A stretch of 61,415 bases of DNA, the filler included, from Basidioascus undulatus (taxonomy: Eukaryota): the NCBI GenBank assembly GCA_000826855.1. It is 11 parts of 11 records of this genome, joined end to end, with 100 filler letters (N's around TTAATTAATTAA, not from the genome) between each part and the next. Parts side by side here need not be neighbours in the genome. Positions count along the whole stretch, not along the records: positions 24,641 to 28,238 come from JTLS01002370.1; positions 28,339 to 31,935 come from JTLS01002371.1; positions 32,036 to 35,626 come from JTLS01002372.1; positions 35,727 to 39,316 come from JTLS01002373.1; 7 more parts are not named here. One strand, given 5' to 3'. Both the position numbers and the translations under genes were made by a program. This document shows, piece by piece, positions 26,561 to 36,917 of this stretch (position 1 is the stretch's first letter; every line of letters starts with the position of its first letter). The notes beneath the pieces are model-generated. The model saw only the letters and a program-made list of their open reading frames with translations. It was not told the origin of the DNA and searched no databases.

Positions 26561-28238
26561 CGGGTCGAGCCTGACTGCCGCCTGACTGATGGATCCTTGT
26601 CCAGCTCTTCCTCTGTAGCCATCGCCGGCATCCGTGTTAAAATCTCAGAAAGCATCTTCTCTACAATCTGCGCCTTCAGGTTAATTTGACTGAAACAAAC
26701 AGGACCGCCTGTTTAGTTATTCTCTGAAGGAATGAAGCCCTTGCGGGACTAAATACTCACATCGCGAACGGCCAGATCTCCCCCATTCTCCGAAGCGAAT
26801 GTATTACGAGACCTACGGCAGCTTTGAGCTGGTCGGCGTCCGCATTCGCGTTCGCGTAGCCCGACGAGGTCCTGCGGATATCTCGGAGCTTCCATAGCTT
26901 ATGCTGGCCGCAGGAGTTCAGACGAGGCTGGAGTCGAGACACACATCAGTCAGACCCACTCCCGCTGGCTCAAACGGATGGAAAGCGCAGTACAAACTAC
27001 ATCACAGCCAAGTTCCGCTTTCCGAGGTCGAAAGCCGGCGACGCCAACTTGGCGACAAGCGATCACCTCGGTCGACGCCTCGTCGCAGGTGCGGGCCGCC
27101 TCGTCGTCGTAGCCGATGTGGAGCTCGTGCAGGACCAGACGCATCAAGACGGTTCAGGCTGACCCACATGGAAAATGGAAGCGGGGACGCACGTCGTTGG
27201 CAATGGAAATCACAGAGATCCTGCGTTCTTCCTCCAACGGCTACACCGGGAAAATTGAGAGCGTGTCAGGGCCTGGGGAAGGCTGTTGCGGAAGCTTGTG
27301 CGAGCGTATCGAGCTCGGCGAACTCGGCGCTGTTGCGCACTGCCATCAGCTGCTCGCGTTCGGGCCCGGACTCGTCGCCCTCGGGCACGAGAAGCGGTGT
27401 TGCGGGTTGAGGTCGCAATTGAGCTGGGTAATTGAGGCGTATAGCTCGAGAGCCGAGGCTGAAGACCTTGATCAGGGACGCCTGGGCGCCGAAGAAGCCA
27501 GCGGGATGCGACGTGTAGAAGTCGGCGTCTTGTAGCGTCTGGGTGTCCAAAAAGAGGCCGTCGCCGTAGTCGGACTGTTGACGGTGAGAATCAAAGGTAG
27601 AGGAGACGTGAGAAGGAAAGGCGAATGATGCAGATACGGCTATGCCAGTTCCCGAGATAGTCGAGCTGATTTCTGTGTCGTCCAGCGTCCAAGTCCAGAC
27701 GCAAGCTATGCTGCCCGCCCGACTGCACCTCGCAATATAAACGCCCGTTGTGATACCCTATTTCTCGGAAAAGACTCAACTTATCTGCATAGAGCATCCA
27801 AAAGGCGGCCAGAGCGGATGCTCGTTGTCTCGACGATGCTCTAGTCACCTACACATACAGAACAGTGAGACCTCTAACTTGGGCAGCTTACTATATTTGC
27901 CGTGTGAATGAACTGCAGGGTATTGGCACGCTCTGTTTACTTGTTCACAGACTGTATAGGCACCCTGGGCCATGGATCGTGCAGAGAGTATCCCTGCAAC
28001 CAAAGGTACCGTAGCGCTGGGATTTAGAGGTAATAGTCTGGCATGCAATAAAACATCACAAAAGTCCTGGTCTTTTCGGGCACGGAGCGCAAGGAGACAT
28101 TGTTCGTGCAGAGGCATTACTCCTGGTCGCCGTCGCAACCTAGTTCAGGGCGTAATCGTACCCTCGAGTGATCCCAGGACCGAAAACTGCGTTGGGAGAC
28201 GAGCTGCCGACGGGGTTGCGGAGCTCGTCGTCGATCGA

Positions 28239-28338
28239 NNNNNNNNNNNNNNNNNNNNNNNNNNNNNNNNNNNNNNNNNNNNTTAATTAATTAANNNNNN
28301 NNNNNNNNNNNNNNNNNNNNNNNNNNNNNNNNNNNNNN
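28239..28338. other. Artificial contig linker
   Basis: N44-TTAATTAATTAA-N44. Confidence 0.98.
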
Positions 28339-28936
28339 TGCACGTACATGAAGCCGATGCTATCACAGTCGTACCGCTGCTGATCCTGGCGGCGCGAAGT
28401 AGGTCACCAGCGTGCGACCGAGGGCGAGCTGGAACGACCCCCCAGCGACACCGGAGACGACGTTACCAACGACGAGAAGGGGAAAACTGTTGAAGCCTTT
28501 CGTAGCGGAGGCCGCTTGCATGATGGTACCCAGGAGTTGGAACCCGCCGAGGATGAACGTGAACCAGACGCCGCCCCACTTGTCGACCGCGAGACCGAGG
28601 ACGACACCAATAATTGTGTTGACCAGAGACGTCGAAGATGTCAGCGTAGAGAAGCGGGAGTTGTTGATGCCCTGTCACGAACGTATGCGTGTCAGCGATG
28701 CAGTTTTGAAGAGAAACGCGCAGCAGAGACGCACCATCTCCTTCTTGATTGTCGACTTGAGAGCGTTGAGGATGCCGTTCGCCCAGTCATGGGCGACTGA
28801 AGAAGGTTTCAGTTCCTACCTCCAATAACGACAGGGAAAGGCGACTCACAATGGAAATCAAGCACACGAAAGCCAAAAGCAGGATCTGGTGCCGCAGCGG
28901 CAAGGGCGTCGAAGACGACTGCGTTGGCTGGCTCAT
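28339..28936 (-). CDS. MFS transporter (MFSD1-like), N-terminal part, truncated at the contig end
   Basis: MSQPTQ..ILLLAFVCLISI|AHDWANGILNALKSTIKKEM|GINNSRFSTLTSSTSLVNTIIGVVLGLAVDKWGG; contains an MFS motif A-like GLAVDKWG. Confidence 0.8.
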
Positions 28937-31001
28937 CCTTCCAGCACGCGGCCTCGCACGAAAGAAGAAGAAGGAGATGAGGATGAAGATCTAATCAGAC
29001 AAGGGCTCCCCGGCTTTTATACGAGCGCCGGCCTGCCATCAGCCTCTTCGCGAGCTGCATGCCTCTCAGCCAGCTCTTTGCGCTGTGCGCCTCTCCCGGC
29101 CAGAGCCGATATCGCTTATCAGATACCGGGGTGAAGAAGCCTTCCATAGTCGCTCGAATGTGGAGATGTGCTGCTTGGCCCTTGGCGAGCGTTGAAATAC
29201 GGGTGGGGTCGAGTCTGGTTGTCTGCAAATTGCGCGCCACACACTTGGCATCGCGTGCAGTCGGCCGCTTTCCTTTCAGCCGGGATTGTCGTTCGCGAAG
29301 ATGCAGTTTCGCAAGGGTTCATTCTGCAAAGGAAACGCCGATAGTCGTTTGCAGAAACTATATATTAGAGAAGGAAGGATATGCTAGAAAACTTTCAGAG
29401 TGTCATTGTCGAGAGCGAAGGCGACGAGTAGACGACAGTGAAAGAGCGGATAAACATTCCTGCAGGCTGCACGGCGCTTTCAAGTCGCTCCCCTCCCCCC
29501 GGAGTTCTCTGCTCCCGTAGAAACTCAAGTCAGAGGAGGTCACGCGATATTCTTTATGGGCTCAAGCGACCTGCTCTGAGCGAAAGCGTTCGTCAGGCAG
29601 AAACTGTGAATCGAGCCACGCTGTGAGCTGTGCGGCTTGAGTTTGCATTGCACGTTGGTCATTAGCGAGTATACCTATTCACATATAATCAAGTCTCCAC
29701 TGCATCTCATCGACTGTAGTACGGCCGTAGTCAACTAACGGCGACGGAACCGTGGCGCACTGCACCGGAAGATAGCTGGTTGGTCGCAAGCTAGAATAGG
29801 ATCCATGACATCCACCCTTCTATATCGATCTCCTCAATTATCCACTTAACGTCGCCTGCTCTTCGATGATAGGGAGACACTCACAAGAAAGTCCACCCGA
29901 CACAGGCTTCACAGTTGGCAGTCCGCAGCCCCAACGCGGCAACGTTGCCAGGCTGCAGCACACCAATACCGCACATTTTACAAGTCCACCAACCAGCCTA
30001 AAAATGACGGAGCAGACCAATGTAGTTGGATGTAAGGACAGAAACATGGGTCCATACAGGCTGACAGCGTGTCTGCAGTGAATAAACCCCTGGCCGGTGC
30101 TGTGAGCTAGCCTGTCTGCAGATGCATGTTGCACCTGTTACAAACATCATTTCTCACAACTCTTACAACAAGCATCCTTGGTGGGAGTAAAGCACGGACC
30201 ATCCAGTCGCCACATGAACTCTCTGTACAATCTACGCTCCGCTCATCCCGCTGCGAGACTGTCAAACAGTACGATATAACATCCAAGCGGGCACGCATAT
30301 GGAATTTGTTGCCAATCCAAAAAGGGCACCAAGTTCATATCTGTACCCTCTCTTGCTCTCCATTCCACAACACACACATACGCCAGTCTGCGCTGCACCT
30401 TGCAGCCTGTATCCGTCAGACGCAGCTCCAGCACGCCCCAGCCGCTCTCTCAAAGCCTCAAGAAGCACTCAGAAGGTCAAAACCCCTTTATGGACCCCAT
30501 ATCTGGTAATCTCAACGCAGGAAAGTCTGCAAGATAATCTACAGCTGTCGAAATACGAATCTGCCGGATCCGCTGCGCCTGTCTGATCCCCGAAAAGCGC
30601 CGTTTCAGGACATGCGGCAGCTCTTGAGGGAGCATGAAGGACCTCCTCATGAAAGTTTTTCGAACGTCTGAAGTAACACGAGAAAGTCCTTACTACTATC
30701 CACGCCCAAAGTCGGAAACCGCGCCCGCCGGGAGACTACCAGACCGAGCTGTCCTTGCAGCACGTCCCTACCCCACATTTACAAGCACACTACAAAAGAA
30801 ATCCAAAGACTTCTATATACAATGCTAAGCGTACACAGAAAGTATCTACTGCAGTTCACAACAGCCTGGCGTCGCGAAATCGCTACACTGTTGCCGAATC
30901 ACCCGCTCTTCGTAATGATCCCCAACGACGGCTGTGTGTGAAACACGAATGCACCTTCGAATACCTATAACGCGCTTCTATTACATGCTAGTGGGTGACA
31001 G

Positions 31002-31935
31002 GAGGGCTCATGCAGAGAGGCCTCCGCTGTATCCTACAGCTGGTGGTCAACAGTTCGCGATCCGCACGCTGTGAGGCTGCCAGACCGCACGCTGCAAGAC
31101 CGCAAGCCTACAACGATTCATTGCTTCGCCGCTCTCGCGCCGGACTACGGTGCGCCAGCTTCATACCTCGTGCCTTCCTTCTGCGAGCTTCAAACACCCT
31201 GACACGTAACAGTATGGGCTTCGCTGCACAGGCGGGACGAGCCTGTCTGTCCTCCGGTCCGGCATTCCCGCCATTGTGCAGCAGGGGCAGGGGTCGAACC
31301 TCGTCAAGGCCCTGGCTGCGATTTTTTTTCGGGCAGGCAGAAGGAGCTGGCCCCTACGACCAACTTCTTCAGCCAAACGGATGAGGTATATGCTTCACGT
31401 ATATTCGTTCGTTCCGGGCGGCGCGCTGAAGACTGGTTGTGGTGGTGGCATGCAGGTCGTGCAGCCGAACGAGAACAGCATGCTCGACAGCGCCACGAAC
31501 ATTCAGGCTCAGCAGGTCTGCGCTGTAGGACTTCTTTCTCCTTTTCCCATTATCACGGAGTAATTTTCTAACGGGACAGCTGCTGCGCATATCGTAAGCC
31601 GCTGTCACATGCGGGGGAGATGGCAGACAGTACGTCTTTCCGCCTTTTCTTTCTCGAGTCTGCAGTCGCCATCTGACCCTCCCTCAACCCCTTCTCAGCT
31701 GTCGTGTTCGCCAACGTCAAAGTCGCCTTCACCTCCGAATCCGGCAAGGTCCACCCGGCAGATATCCAGGGCGCCGACCTGTGCGATGCGGACGGCCCGC
31801 TGGGTCTCAGCGCCGGGGACGTGCGCGCGACCGAGGGCGCTTCGATGACCGGCCGCCGCCGCATCGCGGGCAACTTGCTCATTATAACCAGGTTGACGGA
31901 GCCGCGGCTGCAGGGCTTTGCGAGGAGGTTTTTGG
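31002..31935 (+). CDS. CalB-type lipase (lipase B-like), C-terminal two-thirds only
   Basis: FAALAPDY, AIVQQGQGSNLVKAL, LAPTTNFFSQTDE|VVQP, TNIQAQQ, LSHAG and TEPRLQGFARRF parallel CalB segments AFAPDY, VWQQTTGS, VPTTNLYSATDEIVQP, IDHAG and CEPDLMPYARPF. Confidence 0.75.
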
Positions 31936-32035
31936 NNNNNNNNNNNNNNNNNNNNNNNNNNNNNNNNNNNNNNNNNNNNTTAATTAATTAANNNNNNNNN
32001 NNNNNNNNNNNNNNNNNNNNNNNNNNNNNNNNNNN
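31936..32035. other. Artificial contig linker
   Basis: N44-TTAATTAATTAA-N44. Confidence 0.98.
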
Positions 32036-32140
32036 CGGCACGCTTTGGGATCCGGCGCGGTTCCAGTCAAAATGTCAGGGGGGGGGGGTGGAGTGCCTTC
32101 CAACGGATTGCTGTTTCGGACCCTAATATCAGCAAAATAG

Positions 32141-34279
32141 CTAGTCGGAGGAACCTATCAGGATAAACTGCATTATGCCCTTACTGTAAAGCACGTCCCA
32201 TATACTCCATGAAAGGCCTTTGGTCGCTTTGGGATCTGTCGCGATGACGGAGAGTGAGTGATGGATACAGCGGGGATGAAGTGTGGAAGGAGGAGGAAAG
32301 TACAGTCGGTCTGCTTCCAGAGGAAGTTGTCGACAATGGCGTGCACCGCGTAGGTCAAATCTGGCATTGTATAACTCATTCAGCAAAAAGCGTATCGTAT
32401 CGAGGCAGAAAATTTGACTCACCATTTCCGAGCCCCACGGCTAGCGCCCGCAGCTCCGTGTCGCCGCTGCAGATCTCGTTGATCCACCTGCAAGGGGAGT
32501 GAGCAAGTACGTACTGTTTCGGTGTGAAAGGTGTAAGAGGTACGTTAGAGTCATTCCAGAGTTGCACCCCGCCATCTGCGTAAAGTAGTAGAACGCGAAG
32601 TGGGCGGCCTTGGATTCGTATAAGGGGAGGCCCAGCAGGACGGCGTTGACGATGAGGTTACATCCTCTGCCCAAAACCCAAAAAAAAAACCACACCAGCA
32701 GCAGTCTTTCTCGGTGTCCCAGCTTCTGCAAGGCTGCGCACGCGAGGGTGACGATGAAAGGCCACCGGCTGCCGTGCGCGGGCCCGTCGCTTAGCCAGGC
32801 GACGATCCAAGCCCTGGCGGATCGGAAGGCGGAGGTGAGTCTTTGTGAAGGGTGAGGTTAACGGGTGAGAGGAAGGCGTACGTGACAACAAAGAACCCCT
32901 GGATCGGGAGCGGGTAGAGGTTGATCGCGCGCACGCCGTAGCCCTGCGCTTTCAGCCAGAAGGGCTGCACTCCCCAGTCAGCATTTTATAGCAAAGAACG
33001 CACGGGGAACGTGAGGGGTTTACCATGATATTCGCAGCGCCCAGGGAGTTATTGAACCAGATACTGTGCGTGAGGCAGCGGTTAGACCTAGCCCCACCTG
33101 CTCCTCTCACAACCGAGAACCCGACTTACTAGAGAATCGGCAAGAACCAGATCTTCCAGCTCCCCGCAAGCCTCCGGACCTTCGCTCTTGACCATGGCGT
33201 CTTGCCCGCGCGGTGCGCGAGCCTCAGCCGCGCGTTAGTCAAGTCGATGTCGGCCTGCGTGAACAGCCAGTTGGGCTTCGCGTTCCAGGGCTGGTCGGGG
33301 AGGATCAGGAACCCGAGGAGGGCGATGGGCGCGGTGATCACGGAGTCGATGATCTGGGGAGGCAAGTACAGGCAAGTCAGCTTTGGGCAGCAAAGAAGAT
33401 CAGGAGGAGACGGACGAATAGCCAGCGCCTGTGAGGAGGTCTAGTGTCAGTAAAGGCAATGTGGGAAGTGGAAACTGTGGACATACCAGCCTGAAAGACC
33501 GTGGACGCCGTGCAGGTTGGTGTATGCCGCAGCTGGTAACAGGCTTGTTAGGGTGTATCAAAGGGAGCACACCAATCCCCGGATTCCACGCACATTGAAG
33601 CGTCCCGCTGAAGAGTTGGCCGATCCCGCCGGCGGTGCTGAGCAGGATCTGGCAATGCTGAGGCACGTTACAGAAGGGTAAAATGTGGTGGAAAGATGAG
33701 GAATTACCGAGCGCTTGGCTAGTTCTTCCTTGGTATAAAAGCTTCCCAACAAGTACTGCGCGTGAAGGGCGTGAGCGTTGGTGGAATCGACTGAAAGGGC
33801 TTCAACACCACGACCGTGCCATCATGCCGGGGAAGAACCCCTGACAGTGAGAAGAAGGGAAAGGGAGTGAGTTCAGCCAGCCTCCATGCGTATGTCAGTA
33901 CAACGTTTGAAAGACCTACAGCCTCAGCGAGTCCCACAAAGAAGCGGACGACGTAGAAGAACATGGCGCTGTTGCACTTGTACGAAATTAGGGTGAGGAC
34001 ACCCCAGACGACCTCCAGGAAGGGGATCCAGAATCGTGGCGAGATGCGGGTGAGTATGACTGCCAGCAAGCGGTTGCTCAGTGTTGTCTAGAGTAATAAG
34101 GCTAGCAAAAGGAAAGCCTCACGGTTGCTTGGGATCTGGAAGACGACATAGCCGACTGTGAAATGAGAATAGTTCAGCTTTATTTTATCAGGGGGAAGTT
34201 GGGAGAACGAAATACCTGTCCAGCAAGTGATCATCGTCGTGAGCTGGTTCGCATACAGGCTCAGATCCTCCTTCATGCC
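32141..34279 (-). CDS. MFS pantothenate/allantoate-family transporter (Liz1/Fen2-like), lacking its N-terminus
   Basis: GMKEDLSLYANQL, GYVVFQIPSN, RFFVGLAEA, LLGSFYTKEELAKRS, GLSGW|RWLF|IIDSVITAPIA and WINEICSGDTELRA. Confidence 0.85.
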
Positions 34280-34757
34280 CCCGCCGCCGTCCGTGCTCGT
34301 CCTCGGCGGGCTGCAGGCCCTCGCGGATGCCGGGACGCACGATGACTACACCAGCGACCTTCTCTCTCTTCCCGTCTGTCCTTCCCTTCCAGCACCTTTC
34401 CCAAATTTCACTAACGCTCCACCCTCATCCCGCCCGCAGGAGCTGCAGCACTACATCTCTTCCTGCACTCGCTACGGGATCAGAGGCGCCCTCAACTGGT
34501 AGCGCCTCTGGCCTATCCGGTTTTCCGACGAGCAGGAGATGTCCTCCTACCTGCCAGCGGACGTCCCCAAGCTCTACATCTACAGCACCAACGACTGCTT
34601 CCTCCCGGCCGCGCTGAGCGCGCACATGCACGAGGTCGCGGACGACGTGCGCGTGCTCGAGGGCGCGAGCCACTGGATTACGGACGAGAGGCCGGGGGAG
34701 GTTGCGGAGATAGTGGGGGAGTGGGTGGAGGTGAAGGTGCTGGGGAGGAACAAGTAA
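34280..34757 (+). pseudogene. Epoxide hydrolase-like alpha/beta hydrolase, C-terminal fragment with an in-frame stop
   Basis: ELQHYI..GIRGALNW*R (TAG at 34500-34502 where NWYR is expected), then VPKLYIYSTNDCFLP and LEGASHWITDERPGEVAEIVGEW. Confidence 0.7.
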
Positions 34758-35311
34758 GGGACGGAGTGAAAGGTACTGCGAATCAGTTGGGCGCCAGGAG
34801 GAGGCTTTTTGTAATGGACATGGCGACGGAGTTTGCTGGGTGCTTCAGCATCAAAAAGCGTATTTGCTTCGTGTCTCCACCGCAGAGCCCTCCGATATAC
34901 GGCAGTGTGAGCTAGAGCGAGGTAGGCTGCGAGAGGCAACATCTCTTGGACTAAGAGCGACTGTGAGCAGTCACGAAGCAAGTTGTGCTTTTGCCCCCCC
35001 CGATCTGGTACCTCACCTCCAAGTGCCCCTATAGTATAAGTCGTCTGTGCAGAGCAGTAAGTTGGTTCGGGGCGGCAACACCTGCACAGCGGACTTGGCG
35101 CCTCATCTGGGATGCCTCGACATCGTGGCCGATTGCAGAGCACGCTAGACATAGCACGCTCAACATACCAATCGAGACGCGATACCAAAGAACCAAGTGC
35201 GGAAAGATCCTTCCATCAGTCCTGTACGCTGCTCTCCTTCCCCTGTCCTCCCACTCTCTCCCACCAACCAACAAACCCCCCTCCCCCTCCCTCCATCCTT
35301 CCGCCGCACCC

Positions 35312-35626
35312 TCAACCCCTCCGAGCTTCCTCCCTCCCGCGCTTCACGCCTCCGGGCCTCCTCGGCCCGCCCCACGGCCCGCCTCCAAGCGAGCGCGCTC
35401 GGATGCGGCGGCCGACGTACCACTCCCACGCGAGGCGCATGACCTCGCCGTCGGCCTCGTACGGCGAGGGGATCTCGCTGTATCCTGCGCGCGCGGTCGG
35501 GTGGCGCACGTAGATGAAGGAGCACGTCGCGAAGGACGGCTCGAGGTAGGCGGGGACGAAGAGGTGTGGGGACGCGTAGGGGGGGAGGTGGATACTGGGA
35601 GATTGAATGGATGGATGATGAGAGTG
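35312..35626 (-). CDS. C-terminal fragment of an unidentified protein
   Basis: Coding-like frame [44 protein letters not shown]; cut off by the contig end. Confidence 0.45.
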   Translation of the reverse strand, partial: HSHHPSIQSPSIHLPPYASPHLFVPAYLEPSFATCSFIYVRHPTARAGYSEIPSPYEADGEVMRLAWEWYVGRRIRARSLGGGPWGGPRRPGGVKRGREEARRG

Positions 35627-35726
35627 NNNNNNNNNNNNNNNNNNNNNNNNNNNNNNNNNNNNNNNNNNNNTTAATTAATTAANNNNNNNNNNNNNNNNNN
35701 NNNNNNNNNNNNNNNNNNNNNNNNNN
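35627..35726. other. Artificial contig linker
   Basis: N44-TTAATTAATTAA-N44. Confidence 0.98.
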
Positions 35727-36504
35727 TCCGCTTCCGAACGAGGAGCAGTGCGCGCGTCAGTCGGACTCGGAGTACGAGTGAAGGAGGAGGCGGGAGGAGT
35801 GCGCGAGTGCGAGATGCGTGGAGAGATCGCGAGGATGGATGAAGAACTTGATGTGTATGAGAATCTCGTCCGAAACCGTGGTGAGGAAGGCCATTGAAGG
35901 GGTCCTCTATGAGTGAGTGCAGAGGTAGTGAGGGCAATGGTGATGGAGCGGAGGAAGAGGCGTCGGTCTGGACTGAATGCGCAGCCTGGTCAGACACGCA
36001 ACCGGAGACTGGCTGGCTCGCTTGCCGACGTATTTCTTGAGTGAATGTTATCAGTCAGTTTGGGTAACGAACTCAAGGAAGATCGGTGAACCTGGTTTAT
36101 GAGCCACAAGAGCCGAAAGCCATAGCAACGGCGGTAGCTTTCCGACACTGAACAGTGTGTTTCAAGGCTTGTCTTGTTTGGCCTGAAATCATAGAAAGAC
36201 TACTAGTAAGAGGGTATAAGATCACTCAGAATGGCCTCTTCCGCCTCCAGGAAGATGGTGCGGTTAGAGGTCGCTGCCATGAAAGCCGCTTTGGTTTCAT
36301 GTGAGTGCGTTCTTCTTAGGCTTGCGGCCAGGCAAAATCACTATGAACAGATTCAAAAGACATTTTTGTTCTGAATCTGGTATCTCACTATGGCTTGGGA
36401 CTGGAGACGTTTTACAGGAGGGGAGCGAAGAAGAGGCCGTTAGCGCTGTGGGGCGAGCAGCACGCGGTTGTATTCGTTCGACTGTGTCCCCTACCATTAA
36501 AAGC

Positions 36505-36512
36505 TATATAAA
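36505..36512 (+). promoter_or_regulatory. TATA box upstream of an apparently spliced leader
   Basis: TATATAAA about 55 nt before a GTAAGT donor at 36567. Confidence 0.45.
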
Positions 36513-36917
36513 TAGCTTGATTTATGTATCTTTACGCACTCCTATTGTTTGTCGACGACAGTCAAAGTAAGTCCACGTGCAGCTTCTGACTCAGCGAGTC
36601 GCACGCGGTCTTGGCCTCACCTCCCTCTTCAAGCGGCTTGCCCCTTCGCCCTGAACGAAGCTCGAGAACCGTTCGTTTCACTCCTCCGGATATTTCATCC
36701 ATCCATCCGCGTGAGGTAACTGTAACTTTACTCAAATGTGCGTGCGCCGGGGCGTTAATCGCTCTCTTGTGGTGGACAGCGTCTTCCTGTACGGCATCTG
36801 GTTGGACAGGAGGACGAGGTGAAAGGTCCTTTGGTATCAGAGCGGGTGCGTCTTTTGTTCTTTCTGTGATCGCTTGGTGCTGAATGGGCTGTTGGAGGAA
36901 TGTAGACTACGGGAGGC

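Noticed and set aside
36551..36640. U3 snoRNA (GTCGACG start followed by an early intron) or a TPP riboswitch nearby
   Set aside because: U3 boxes A, B, C and D and the riboswitch core motifs were not found.
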